64,000 nt of DNA from an uncultured Gemmatimonadales bacterium (GCA_963841505.1 CAWJCZ010000008.1:519175-583174); one strand, 5' to 3'. Positions 1 to 9,694 are shown, counted from the first letter of the stretch. Notes: generated by a model from the letters alone, not told the origin. Numbers and translations are program-made.

Positions 1-409
1 AATCATCGACCACCGTCACGCGCTCGAGGTCCGCCAGATCGGACCGGCGGGGATAGCCGGTCTCGACCGCGCGCGCGGCGTCGAGGGTCCAGCCAGCATC
101 GCGGGCGGTGGTCGGAACGCCGTCATGCCAGCGTAACCCGGTGAGAAGATGGAAGGTCAGGGCGGTGCGATCGGATGACCAGCTCCAGGTTCGAGCCAGG
201 GCCGGCGCGGGTGCGAGCGCGCTGTCATAGCGTACCAGGGTCACCAGCAGGGCGTACCGCTGTACCTGTTTTGCCAGCGGATGGACGGTGAGGAGGGGAT
301 TGGGGCTCTGGAGGTCGGCGCCCGAAGCGAGGATGACCGTATCGCCGCGCCGGCCCGCGCCGGCACAGGCAACGAGGAGAACCAGGCTTACCCCGGGGAG
401 ACGGCGCAC
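1..409 (-). CDS. ABC transporter substrate-binding lipoprotein, family 5 (peptide/nickel type), N-terminal part; the gene runs off the left edge
   Basis: My own reverse-strand translation; it is absent from the ORF track because there is no stop in the window. It reads VRRLPGVSLVLLVACAGAG...LVTLVRYDSALAPAPALARTWSWSSDRTALTFHLLTGLRWHDGVPTTARD. It has a lipobox (LVAC) and the SBP_bac_5-type W.S.D....F.LR.G..WHDG block. Start is GTG 407-409 or TTG 413-415. Confidence 0.7.
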   Translation of the reverse strand, partial: MRRLPGVSLVLLVACAGAGRRGDTVILASGADLQSPNPLLTVHPLAKQVQRYALLVTLVRYDSALAPAPALARTWSWSSDRTALTFHLLTGLRWHDGVPTTARDAGWTLDAARAVETGYPRRSDLADLERVTVVDD

Positions 410-441
410 CTCCAAGTGTACACGGGGCGATACATTCCGGC

Positions 442-1410
442 ATGATGCGGCATCTGGTGGTCGCCGGCGCCCGCGGCGTCCTGGTCATCTTCGGTGTCGT
501 CACTCTCACTTTCATGCTGTTGCGGCTCGCCCCGGGAGACCCGGTGCGGCGGATGCTCGGGCCCGCGGCAACTCCGGAACAAGTCGCGGTGAGCCGCCAT
601 GAGCTGGGACTCGACCGGCCGGCACTGGCACAGTATTCCACCTGGCTCGGGCAGGCGTTGCGGGGTGATTTCGGCACCAGCATCGCCCAGGGGCGACCCG
701 CCGCCCGCCTGTTGGGAGAGGCCTGGCCGGCCACTGCCTTCCTGGTGCTCCTGTCGATCGGACTCAGCTGGCTCATCGGAATGGTGATCGGGGTGATTCA
801 GGCCAACACCCGTCGCCGCGGCGTGGACGGAGTGATTTCCGGCGTGACCGTCGCGTTCAATGCGATGCCGGCCTACTGGCTGGGACTGGCGCTGGTGATG
901 CTGTTCACCTACGAGCTGCGGTGGCTTCCGGCGTTCGGGGCGGCGGGGATCGATGCGGAGTTTCTGGGAGGATGGGGGCGAATCGTGGACCGGCTGCGTC
1001 ACCTGACGCTGCCCCTCGCGACCCTCACACTGATCGGTCTGGGAGCGGATGCCCGCTTCACCCGTTCCACCATGCGTCAGCTCTCCTTCGCTCCCTTCCT
1101 GCTGTCGGCCCGAGCTCGCGGACTGACCGAGGGGCGGGTGGTCGTCCGGCACCAGGTCCGGAGCGCGCTGATCCCGATCGTGACCCTGCTCGGCCTCTCT
1201 CTGCCGGCGGTCTTTTCGGGTGCGGTGTTCGTGGAAGCGATCTTCGCGTGGCCGGGGGTCGGCCAGGTACTGGTGCAGGCGGTCCAGGCGCGGGACTATC
1301 CCGTCGTGATGGCGGCGGCGACGGTCAGCGCGGTGCTGGTCGTTGCCGGCAATCTCCTGGCCGAGCTGCTGGTAACCGTAGTGGACCCGAGAGTGCGCGA
1401 TGCGACTTGA
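442..1410 (+). CDS. ABC transporter permease, DppB/OppB-like
   Basis: 322-aa ORF. The N-terminus (RHLVVAGARGVLVIFGVVTLTFMLLRLAPGDPVRRMLGP) is typical of the peptide-permease BPD family. It has multiple TM segments and a 3' end overlapping the next permease gene. Confidence 0.9.
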   Translation: MMRHLVVAGARGVLVIFGVVTLTFMLLRLAPGDPVRRMLGPAATPEQVAVSRHELGLDRPALAQYSTWLGQALRGDFGTSIAQGRPAARLLGEAWPATAFLVLLSIGLSWLIGMVIGVIQANTRRRGVDGVISGVTVAFNAMPAYWLGLALVMLFTYELRWLPAFGAAGIDAEFLGGWGRIVDRLRHLTLPLATLTLIGLGADARFTRSTMRQLSFAPFLLSARARGLTEGRVVVRHQVRSALIPIVTLLGLSLPAVFSGAVFVEAIFAWPGVGQVLVQAVQARDYPVVMAAATVSAVLVVAGNLLAELLVTVVDPRVRDAT

Positions 1411-2221
1411 CGGCCGCGGGAAGCTCGGCCTTGTGATCGTCTCGATCATCCTGGTGCTGGCGGTGGCCGCGCCGGTCGTCGCGCCGGTCAATCCTGACAC
1501 GCAACGCGACGTGGTCGCCACCCGGTTCCTCGCGCCGATGACGACCGACGCTCACGCGGTCTTCCACCCGCTGGGGACCGACCGGCTGGGGCGGGATGTG
1601 TGGTCCCGGCTGGTGTACGGCGCCCGGATCTCGCTCGCGGTGGGCGGACTTGCCATGGCGCTTTCGCTGGTCATCGGCATCGGCGTCGGCGCGGTCGCCG
1701 CGGCCGGCGGCGCGGTGACCCGCAGTGCGCTGCTGGGACTCACCGACTTCGCGCTGGGTCTTCCCCGCGTGGTGCTGCTCCTTCTGCTCGCGGCGCTCTG
1801 GCAGCCGAGCGCGGTGCTTGTCATCGTGGTCCTCGGGGTCACCGGCTGGATGCCGGTGGCCCGGCTGGTGGACGCGGAGGTGCGGGCCCAGCTGGCGCGC
1901 CCCTATGCGGAGGCGGCCAGCGCTCTGGGAGCGCGACGGACCCGGCTTCTCCTCCGCCACGCCCTGCCGAACGCGCTGGCGCCGGTCATCGCCCTCGCGA
2001 CGCTGGGCGTCGGCAATGCAATCACCCTGGAAGCGGGGCTCTCGTTTCTGGGGTTAGGGGTGCAGCCTCCCACCGCCTCGTGGGGCACCATGATCGCGAG
2101 CGGGCGCGACACCGTGGTGAACGCGCCGTGGGTCGGACTCGCCCCGGGAATCGCGCTGGTGCTGGTGGTGGTGGGGTGTACCCTGCTGGCCGATTCGATC
2201 GAGGAGCGAAGGACCGGCTAG
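1400..2221 (+). CDS. ABC transporter permease, DppC/OppC-like
   Basis: 273-aa ORF with the OppC-type N-terminal region (PLGTDRLGRDVWSRLVYGARISL) and an EAA-like loop. It overlaps the upstream permease by 11 nt. No ATPase gene follows. Confidence 0.9.
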   Translation: MRLDGRGKLGLVIVSIILVLAVAAPVVAPVNPDTQRDVVATRFLAPMTTDAHAVFHPLGTDRLGRDVWSRLVYGARISLAVGGLAMALSLVIGIGVGAVAAAGGAVTRSALLGLTDFALGLPRVVLLLLLAALWQPSAVLVIVVLGVTGWMPVARLVDAEVRAQLARPYAEAASALGARRTRLLLRHALPNALAPVIALATLGVGNAITLEAGLSFLGLGVQPPTASWGTMIASGRDTVVNAPWVGLAPGIALVLVVVGCTLLADSIEERRTG

Positions 2222-4710
2222 AACCAGGTGCGGACTCCGAAGGAAACCGTGCGGCCTGGAAGCACGGTCGCGTTGTCGGGCTCGCCGGTCTGGTAGTTGA
2301 GCAGGTTGTCTCCCGACAGGGTGAGGCCGAGGCTGCGGGTCAGGGTGACGGCAACGCTGGCGCGGAGCCGGGTGACGCCGGGGTACTCTTTCCAGAACTC
2401 CCGCAGATTCCAGCCGACGTAGTCCTGGGTGGGACGATTGGTGGTCGCGAACGCCTGGGCCAGCGCGATGCGATCGTAGCTGATCCAGTGGTAGGCCCGA
2501 TACGCCGTGACCGCGGCGTTCCATCGCGCCGCGGAGTAGGACCCGATGACGCTCAGAGTCTGCTGGGGCACTTCCAGCATGCGATTCCCGGCGCGAAGGT
2601 CGCCGGTATAACCCTGCGCCACCTTCCGGACCCGGCTGTCCACCTGGGAGTACGCCCCGGTGAGCCCGAATCCACCGGAGTGCAGGGTGCCCTGAAGCTC
2701 CCATCCCCGATTGGTGATCTCTCCCACGTTCTGAAGCTCGGAGCCGAGCCGGCCGGTGGGCGGACCATCCGGGCGGGGACCCGCGTTCCTCGCGAGCAGT
2801 ACCCGCTGAATGAGCCCGGAGGCGACCTGATCGAACCGGGTGATCTGGAAGCTCGCGGCGCGGCCGATCACCAGATCAACGCCGGCTTCCACTCCCGACT
2901 GTTCCTCCGGCTTCAGGGCCCGGCTGGCTTCGTCGCTGAGGATGCCGTCCCACAGGGTCTGCCGGGCCGGAGCATCGGGCCAGCGGATGCCCTTGCCGTA
3001 GGCGCCGCGCAGCTTGACGCCGACGATCCCGTAATTCCTGGTCCAGGCGAGCCCGGCCATGGGAAGGGTGGCCCAGCGCTCGGTGCTGGTTGCGCCTTCA
3101 TCGCGCTCCAGTCGCACTCCGCCGTTGAAGTGCAGTCCCCCGAACAGCGCGGCGGTGAACTGGGTGGTGAACCCGCTGTTACCGCGCCAGCGGGTGATCT
3201 CCTCGTCGGGGTCGCCGGCTGCGTTCGGCATGATTTCGTAGGGCATGGCGCGCTGCCGGAGCACCGACTGCTCGGCGGAAAATGTCAGGTCGGCGAGCCG
3301 GCGCTCATTGCCCAGCTTGACGACGGTGCTGGCGCGGAGGGTCGCGCGGCTCGCGGACCCTTGCGCACTCGCCAGGGAACCGGCGCCGGTGAGCGGGATG
3401 GGAGTGTGGGGATCGGGGACCCCGCTCAGGCTGTAGCCATCGAGCCCGGCGGTGAAGGTGTGCTGCCAGCGTTCACCCGGAAACACCTTGAGGGTGGCGC
3501 CGGCGGTGTACTCGGCCAGCGATTCGACCCCGGCAAGCGGCTGGGCCGGGACGCTGCTGGTGTCGGAGGCCCGCCAGGGCGCGAGCGTGCGGGTTATGAC
3601 CGGGCTTTCGCCGGTCCCGGCCCGCATCCCGAAGAACCGCAGCGTGCCGGTGAGCAGGCTGGCCTCCCCGACCCGGCGTCCGACCGCGGTGGCGAGGAGC
3701 CGCCGGGAGGACGCGTCGGCAAAGTAGGCGCCGGTCGCGCCGGCGTCGACATCGAGCGATGCCGATTGCAGGTTGGAGCCGGTGCGGAACCTGGCGGCAT
3801 AGGACTGGTCCACCGCAGGGCTCGAGGTGTACTGGCTTCCGGCCAGGCCGATCCCGGCGTCGAAGCGGGCCCGGAGGGAGCTCTCTCCGGTGTCGTATCG
3901 GGAGATGATGTTGGCCACGCCGCTGATGGCGTCGGCGCCATAGAGGGCGGCCCCCTGGGGGCCCCGGATCAGCTCGATGCGGTCGATCGCGCTCGACTGG
4001 ATCCTGGTGAAGAGCAGCGGATTCGCAAGCTGGATCCCGTCGAGATACACCTTGGGGTAGCTCGCTCCGAAGGAGCTGGCGCCCCGGATACTTCCGTACT
4101 GCGACAGCGCGCTGACCGGCGATTGTTCCCACAGCCATAACCCGGGGACCTGGCCGTCCATGGCGGAGGAGAGGGTGGTGGCCCCCCGCTGTTCCAGGGC
4201 CCGTCCGTCGAGCACGTCGAGGGCGATCGGCAGCCCGCTCTGGCTGGCTCCGGCCGGAGAGCCGGTCACCACGATGCGTTCGAGCTCGACCGGCGGGGAT
4301 GGTGGGGTGGTGGCGACCTCCCGGGCGACCGGCGCCAGGACCACGTGGTCGGCGGCCAGGGGCACCAAGCGGAGGGGCAGATCGCCTAACACGCTGGTCA
4401 GGGCATCGCCCAGGGTCACCGCGTCGAACCGGAGGCAGACCCGGCGGTCGAGGGGAACCGCTTCGCCGCTATAGGACAGCCGGATCCGCACCTGCGCGGC
4501 GATCCGGTCGAGGGCCTCGCGCAGGGACACCTCGCGGGCGTGCAGCGAGAGCGTTTTTCCGAGCGGGCCGGTCCACTCCCGTCCGGAAAGCGAGGCGGTG
4601 AGATCGGGACAGGAAGCCGGCGGGGTCCAGGCCAAGGCTCGCGCCGACGACCCGGTCCATCCCCAGACCAGGACGAGCGCCACCGGGAGCGGCCGGAACC
4701 TCCATCTCAT
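2218..4710 (-). CDS. TonB-dependent receptor/transducer with N-terminal STN (secretin/TonB short N-terminal) signalling domain, FecA-like
   Basis: 830-aa ORF. It has a signal peptide, an STN-like block (SLREALDRIAAQVRIRLSYSGEAV...FDAVTLGDALTSVL), a plug (RIVVTGS...) and a beta-barrel ending FGVRTWF. An ATGA start/stop overlap joins it to the fecR-like gene. Confidence 0.9.
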   Translation of the reverse strand: MRWRFRPLPVALVLVWGWTGSSARALAWTPPASCPDLTASLSGREWTGPLGKTLSLHAREVSLREALDRIAAQVRIRLSYSGEAVPLDRRVCLRFDAVTLGDALTSVLGDLPLRLVPLAADHVVLAPVAREVATTPPSPPVELERIVVTGSPAGASQSGLPIALDVLDGRALEQRGATTLSSAMDGQVPGLWLWEQSPVSALSQYGSIRGASSFGASYPKVYLDGIQLANPLLFTRIQSSAIDRIELIRGPQGAALYGADAISGVANIISRYDTGESSLRARFDAGIGLAGSQYTSSPAVDQSYAARFRTGSNLQSASLDVDAGATGAYFADASSRRLLATAVGRRVGEASLLTGTLRFFGMRAGTGESPVITRTLAPWRASDTSSVPAQPLAGVESLAEYTAGATLKVFPGERWQHTFTAGLDGYSLSGVPDPHTPIPLTGAGSLASAQGSASRATLRASTVVKLGNERRLADLTFSAEQSVLRQRAMPYEIMPNAAGDPDEEITRWRGNSGFTTQFTAALFGGLHFNGGVRLERDEGATSTERWATLPMAGLAWTRNYGIVGVKLRGAYGKGIRWPDAPARQTLWDGILSDEASRALKPEEQSGVEAGVDLVIGRAASFQITRFDQVASGLIQRVLLARNAGPRPDGPPTGRLGSELQNVGEITNRGWELQGTLHSGGFGLTGAYSQVDSRVRKVAQGYTGDLRAGNRMLEVPQQTLSVIGSYSAARWNAAVTAYRAYHWISYDRIALAQAFATTNRPTQDYVGWNLREFWKEYPGVTRLRASVAVTLTRSLGLTLSGDNLLNYQTGEPDNATVLPGRTVSFGVRTWF

Positions 4711-5714
4711 CGATTAGGGGGATGCCGGGCAGGCGGAGCGGGTCGCACCACGGCCGTGTCTCCTTTTCGTTCGATCGAAGCACCGAGGGCGAGCCGGAGC
4801 ACTTCGAGGACCTGGTCGCGCGATTCCCTGGAGAAGCGCGCCGAAACGTGCCGGCCGACCAGGCTGGAATCGGCGAGGACGAGCTCGAGACCAAACCAGC
4901 GATGCAGATCTTCCCGAACCCGGCTCATCGGCGCGTTGTCGAAGATCAGCTGGCCGGTGAGCCAGGCCAGATCGGCTTCGTTGCGCTGCCCGGGGACCGG
5001 AGTGGCCTGCCGGGCGCCCAGGGTTCCCACTTCACCCGGCTTGAGGGTGAGGGTTCGCCGGGTCCGGCGCACGGTATCCTGCAACTCGACCGAGCCGGAC
5101 TCCACCATCACCCGGACCTCCTCGCTGCCGGTGTGAACCGTGAACCGGGTCCCGAGGTCGACGATTTCGGCCGCTCCGGCTCGGACCACGAACCGGTGGG
5201 TCGCATCGTGCGGGACGTCGAACATGGCCTGGCCCTGGAGGGTGACCACCCGATCGGGGAGGCCATAACCCGCGATGACGTCGAGCCGGCTGCCGGGGCC
5301 GAGCACCGCGGTGGTGCCGTCGGCGAGACGAATGGAGTCGGTCTGTCCCACCCCGGTGGTGAAGCTGGTCGGGTCCTGGTGGGGAGGAGCGGTGCGGACC
5401 ACCCGCCAGATCAGGGTGGCGCCGGCGACGAGCACGAGGGCGGCGGCAAGCCGTCCCCAGGTGAAGGCGCGCTGGCGGGAGGGGAGGTCAATGACCCTGG
5501 CTTCGCCGAACCGGGCCTTGACCCGCTGCAGGGCGGCCTCGACATCGACGGCGGGATCGGCTTCGGTGCCCCGCTCGAGCGAGGCCAGGAACGGGCCAAG
5601 GGATGGATCGGTCTCGGCCCAGTCGCGGACCTGCGCCTTCTCCTCGGCAGAGGCCTCCCCGGCCGCGTGGCGTCCCAGGACGATCCAGTCGTTTTCGGTG
5701 GTTGGCTGCCTCAT
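4707..5714 (-). CDS. FecR-family anti-sigma factor / transmembrane sensor
   Basis: 335-aa ORF. It has an N-terminal anti-sigma region (AAGEASAEEKAQVRDWAETDP), a single TM segment (LAAALVLVAGATLIW) and a FecR periplasmic domain. It is translationally coupled to the TonB transducer. Confidence 0.85.
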   Translation of the reverse strand: MRQPTTENDWIVLGRHAAGEASAEEKAQVRDWAETDPSLGPFLASLERGTEADPAVDVEAALQRVKARFGEARVIDLPSRQRAFTWGRLAAALVLVAGATLIWRVVRTAPPHQDPTSFTTGVGQTDSIRLADGTTAVLGPGSRLDVIAGYGLPDRVVTLQGQAMFDVPHDATHRFVVRAGAAEIVDLGTRFTVHTGSEEVRVMVESGSVELQDTVRRTRRTLTLKPGEVGTLGARQATPVPGQRNEADLAWLTGQLIFDNAPMSRVREDLHRWFGLELVLADSSLVGRHVSARFSRESRDQVLEVLRLALGASIERKGDTAVVRPAPPARHPPNR

Positions 5715-5791
5715 GTGCAGATGACACCCCTCCCACGTATCACCCTATATTCGAGCGACCCCAATCCCAAGCCCTTCCACGAGCGTCCCGG

Positions 5792-6337
5792 GTGAGCGAC
5801 CAGGAAAACTTCGAGCGGCTTCGCCAGGGCGACGAGAGTGGATTCGACGAGATCTTCCGGGCGCATTATGGGAGTCTGGTTGGGTTTGCTCAATCCATTC
5901 TCAAGGATCGGGCCGACGCCGAAGACACCGCACAGGAAGTCATGCTGGAGCTGTGGCGCCGTCGCTCAAATATAGTTCTCGAGACTTCCCTCCGGGCCTA
6001 CCTGTTCCAGTCCACCCGGAACCGCGCGCTCAACCGGATCCGCCACCAGCGGGTGGTGGACCGGCTCGATCCGGAAGTCGCGAAGCCGACTCCAGCGCCG
6101 CGCCCCGACCGGGAGCTGGCCGAGCGCGAAATGAGCATCGTGATCCGGCGCGCCCTGGATGACCTGCCGGATCGGTGCCGGGAGGTGTTTTCGCTCTCCC
6201 GCGACCGGGGACTCAAGTATGCCGAGATCGCGACGGCGCTCGGGATCTCGATCAAGACGGTGGAAGCACAGATGGGGAAAGCGCTCCGGATGCTGCGAGA
6301 ACGTCTGGGGCCCTGGCTGCCGGAAGGCGGGCGTTAG
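5792..6337 (+). CDS. ECF (sigma-70 family, group IV) RNA polymerase sigma factor
   Basis: The track ORF 5603..6337 is trimmed to GTG 5792. Region 2 reads FDEIFRAHYGSLVGFAQSIL...DTAQEVMLELW. Region 4 reads CREVFSLSRDRGLKYAEIATALGISIKTVEAQMGKALRMLRE. It is divergent from fecR. Confidence 0.9.
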   Translation: MSDQENFERLRQGDESGFDEIFRAHYGSLVGFAQSILKDRADAEDTAQEVMLELWRRRSNIVLETSLRAYLFQSTRNRALNRIRHQRVVDRLDPEVAKPTPAPRPDRELAEREMSIVIRRALDDLPDRCREVFSLSRDRGLKYAEIATALGISIKTVEAQMGKALRMLRERLGPWLPEGGR

Positions 6338-6433
6338 GGGTCAGCGGCCCGGTTCGTGTCTTCTGCACGAAGGCCGGTGGCGATCCGGCGGAGTCGGGAT
6401 CGCCAGAACACGCAGCCAACGGAGATTTGCCCC

Positions 6434-7352
6434 ATGGGTATCCCTCGACTGATCGTCGCCGCGATCCTTCCCCTCGCGGCGGCCTGCTCGCTGACCACCG
6501 ATAGCACGGATTCGACCGAGCTGCTCGCCGCGTTTCAATCGGCTCCCTACGGCATGAGCAATGTGTCGAGCACTTTCGCCACCAGCGCCGACCAGGAGGG
6601 CACGGCGTGGGCGCCTCCCGGCCGGCCGGGCCACGAATTCGGCCCGCGGCGGTCCGGCGGGTGGTCCGATGGGGTTCATGATGGGAGGGCTGGGAGGCGG
6701 ATTCTTCGGCGGCCTGTTCGGCCCCCATTTCGGGAATCGTCCGGTGAGCGAAGACGGCGATGGCGGCGCCTGCGGCTTCAACAGCGGCAGCGGGCGAGTG
6801 GAGTGCGGGCCGGTGACCCGGGGTGGTCTCACCATCACCCGTTCGGCCCAGTACCTGGACGGAGCGGGCCAGGTGCAGAGCGGCTTCGACAATCAGACCA
6901 CGAACTCCATTAACACGCAGATCTCGGTCACCGGGACGATCACCCGGCGGGACAATGCCAGCACCGACGTGGACGCCTACAGCGACCGCACCGTCACCGG
7001 ACTCGCGGCCGGCAGCACCCAGCGCACCGTGAACGGCACCTCGCGGGGCCACGAGCTGACCACCGGCACCGACCGGACCGGCGATTTCACGGCGGAGCGA
7101 CTGGCCGGGGATACGGTCCAGAACGTGGTGATTCCGGTGGTGGGCGACGGGCGACCCGCGCTCCCCAGCGCCGGGACGATCATCCGGTCCATGATGGTCA
7201 CGGTGACCTACACCGGCTCCGACCCCCGCACCCTAACCCGGCGCGAGGTGGTCACCTTCACCGGCAACGGCGGGGCCACGATCACCATCACCCACAACGG
7301 CGAAACCAGGACCTGCACTCTCGCTCCCGACGCGCGGCCGAGCTGCTCCTAG
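6434..7352 (+). pseudogene. Secreted Gly-rich lipoprotein, reading frame broken once (about 6630-6665)
   Basis: The lipoprotein signal MGIPRLIVAAILPLAAACS (ATG 6434, GGAG upstream) is in the frame of ORF 6356..6913. That frame degenerates into Arg-rich nonsense. Coding-like sequence (GGPMGFMMGGLGGGFFGGLFGPHFGN...TVTYTGSDPRTLTRREVVTFTGNGGATITITHNGETRTC) continues in the frame of ORF 6561..7352. Confidence 0.55.
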
Positions 7353-9688
7353 GGCCGGGGCGCGAGCCGTCGGTGGAAGGACTGCACCGGAAGGAAGGCC
7401 TCCTCCCAGAGCTGCTCGAGGCGTTCGGCGAGGTCCGGGAGATCGAGGGGAAGCAGGGCCAGGGCCAGCTCGAGGCGATGCTGGCCCGGCTCCTGGGCCT
7501 CGGGCGTCGGGACCGGCCAGGCGGCGTGTCCGGGGCGCTCGGGCAGCCCGTCGCGGGTTAACTCTCCCACCCCCCGAAGGACGCTGATCAGCAGCACGCC
7601 GTGCGGGGTCCACTCGTACTCGAAGAACCCGGGAGCGAACACCGCGAGCACCCCCGCCGGTCCCTGGGCCGCGACAAAGCGCTGGGCCGGCGCGGTCTTC
7701 ACCTCCCGCTCGATGGCGGCGACCGGCGGGGCCTCCGGCACCGGGGCAGTCAGGTCCAGCCCGACCGTGCCGCCCGCGATCACCTTGCCCCGTCCTGCCG
7801 GGAAAGCCAGCCGGAGCCGGTGATCCGGCCCGGGATTCTGGAGGTCGATCCGCACGGTGAGCAGGGACGAGCCCGCTTGGAGCGCGGTCACCATGCGGGC
7901 GTCGAGGCGGCCGGACGGCAGGCGCACCGACCAGCGGGTTTCCAGCGCGCCGATGAGGCTTCCATTCGCGTGGATGGCCTGCCCGAGGGGCGAGATGGTT
8001 CCCTGCTGGGGCGACCCACCGGGCGAACAGGTGTAGAGATCGCCCTGGTCGGGCTCATCCACGAAGCGGAGCAGCCCTGCGAGGCTGGTTCCGGTGGTGC
8101 GGTCGGCCAGGGTGATGGACCCTTCGGGACTGGTTCGAGCCGCCACCAGCTCGTTCGAGATGGTATCGGGCGCCGAGACGAGGAGCGGCCCGTCGGCCGG
8201 GTCCGGGCTGGGAACCACCTGGAGGGTCGCCAGGCCTAACCCGGGAAGCTTCGGGGCGCGGACCGCGATCCAGACCCGGTCCACTTCGTCCTGGTCGGGG
8301 TAGCGATGGAGATCGTCGCGCCGTTCCTGGTCCCGGCGGACGGCGAGAACCTGGACCGGCAGCACCTGGCCGCCCGCGGTTCTGAGCCCGAACGGTGCGG
8401 CCCCCACCCCGGTCCGGGGAGTCCGGCCGTCCGGGGCGCCGACCAGAATATCCCGGCGAAAAAATGTGAGCATCGCGGTCACCACGCCGGCCCGTTTTCG
8501 TTTGACCGGATTCCACAACAGCAGGCGGCCTTCCGCGCCACCGGCGTCGTCTCCCGCGTCGAGCAGAGTGTTCACCGCCGCCTGGACCACCTCACGGCTG
8601 ATCGTGTTCACCGCCCGAATCCGGAGCGCCTGCTCCTGCTGGGCCTCGTCGCAGGTGGTTCCGGCGAGGGTGTCATGGAACTGGGATTGGAGCAGAATTT
8701 TCCAGGCCTGGTCCAGCGCGGGCGAGCGTCCCCCACCCCGGATCCGCGCGTCGAGCGGCTCCGCCACCCGGGCCAGCCGGAGCTCGGCGGCGCCGTGGGC
8801 GGCCTTGAGCCGGGCTCGCGCCGAGTGGGTGTCCTGGAGGTCCCAGGTGTAGCCGCGGCTCCGGCGAAGCGACCCGCGGATGACCGGCGCGACGGGCGGC
8901 TCACCCTCGACGGCATCGAAGTACTCCCCTAACCCGCTGATCCGGACCGCCCCCCCGGGCTCCAGCGCGGCCAGCCGGTCGCGGAGGACCGACACCCGGG
9001 GCACCATGGCGTGGTGGTCGGCGCCGAGAAACACCGCGAGATGGGGAGTCGAGGCGCGATCGATGAGCTGCTGCCGGATCCGCCGCCATTCGGTCGGCAG
9101 CGCCGGGCTTCCGGCGAGCCCGATGGCGTCGTCGTAGCCGGCCGGGGGAAGCTGGTGGGTCAGCAGGCTGGCCCCATCGGGCGACTCCCACCGGTAGAAG
9201 TCGCCGGGTCGCCCGAGGCCGCGCCGGATCACCGCGCGCCGAAACCCGAGCTCGGCGGCAATGGCGGGGAGCGCCGCGGGATGACCGAAGGCATCGGGAC
9301 TGTAGAGCACGTCGAGACACTTGCCGAATCGTTCGGCCGCCCGGCGGCCTTCGATCAGGTTGCGGCGGATGGAATGGGCCGAGGGCACCAGCAGGTCGGC
9401 CAGCACGTACCACGGCCCGATCTCGAGCGCGCCGCGTTCCACCTGGGCCCGGATCCGCGGCTCCTGCTCGGGACGAATGGCCAGGTAGTCCTCGAGCAGG
9501 ATGGTCTGCCCGTCCAGCAGGAACCGGGCATCGGGATCCGCCTCGAGCTGGTCGAGCACCTGGTCCAGCACCGGGACCAGGCGGGTCTGGAAAGCGGCCC
9601 GCGGCAAATACCACTCGCGGTCCCAGTGGGTGTGGGGAATGAGATGGAAGGTGTAGCCGGACGGGCGGACGGGCGGACCGGCGGACAG
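7349..9688 (-). CDS. Glycoside hydrolase family 38 (alpha-mannosidase-like)
   Basis: The track ORF 7349..9607 starts at TTG. It shows GH38 N-domain features (LLDGQTILLEDYL, EIGPWYVLAD, SPDAFGHP). The conserved GH38 metal-site motif HLIPHTHWDREWY is encoded in frame just upstream (9608-9649) of that TTG. I therefore extend to the only near-cognate start, CTG 9686-9688; the start is uncertain. Confidence 0.8.
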   Translation of the reverse strand: MSAGPPVRPSGYTFHLIPHTHWDREWYLPRAAFQTRLVPVLDQVLDQLEADPDARFLLDGQTILLEDYLAIRPEQEPRIRAQVERGALEIGPWYVLADLLVPSAHSIRRNLIEGRRAAERFGKCLDVLYSPDAFGHPAALPAIAAELGFRRAVIRRGLGRPGDFYRWESPDGASLLTHQLPPAGYDDAIGLAGSPALPTEWRRIRQQLIDRASTPHLAVFLGADHHAMVPRVSVLRDRLAALEPGGAVRISGLGEYFDAVEGEPPVAPVIRGSLRRSRGYTWDLQDTHSARARLKAAHGAAELRLARVAEPLDARIRGGGRSPALDQAWKILLQSQFHDTLAGTTCDEAQQEQALRIRAVNTISREVVQAAVNTLLDAGDDAGGAEGRLLLWNPVKRKRAGVVTAMLTFFRRDILVGAPDGRTPRTGVGAAPFGLRTAGGQVLPVQVLAVRRDQERRDDLHRYPDQDEVDRVWIAVRAPKLPGLGLATLQVVPSPDPADGPLLVSAPDTISNELVAARTSPEGSITLADRTTGTSLAGLLRFVDEPDQGDLYTCSPGGSPQQGTISPLGQAIHANGSLIGALETRWSVRLPSGRLDARMVTALQAGSSLLTVRIDLQNPGPDHRLRLAFPAGRGKVIAGGTVGLDLTAPVPEAPPVAAIEREVKTAPAQRFVAAQGPAGVLAVFAPGFFEYEWTPHGVLLISVLRGVGELTRDGLPERPGHAAWPVPTPEAQEPGQHRLELALALLPLDLPDLAERLEQLWEEAFLPVQSFHRRLAPRP

Positions 9689-9694
9689 GGGGAC
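9653..9694. repeat. Tandem octamer array, about 5 units (GTAGCCGG ACGGGCGG ACGGGCGG ACCGGCGG ACAGGGGG on plus strand)
   Basis: Read directly. It belongs to the same NGGCGGAC family as the arrays at 37132, 38971, 42718 and 44295 but in the opposite orientation relative to the flanking minus-strand genes. It lies between the TAG stop of the ferritin-like gene (9694-9696) and the GH38 conserved N-terminus. Confidence 0.85.

Noticed and set aside
1600-4140. 846-aa plus-strand ORF. Similar very long ORFs are at 11047..14193 (+), 47115..48953 (-), 51649..53904 (-), 28421..29710 (+) and 56971..58935 (+).
   Set aside because: They lie antisense or out of frame to genes with clear homology. Their translations are Arg/Gly/Pro/Ala-rich low-complexity sequence typical of shadow ORFs in high-GC DNA, and no recognisable motifs are present.
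9605-9607. TTG as the true GH38 start (as in the ORF track).
   Set aside because: It would remove the in-frame HLIPHTHWDREW metal-site motif encoded immediately upstream.
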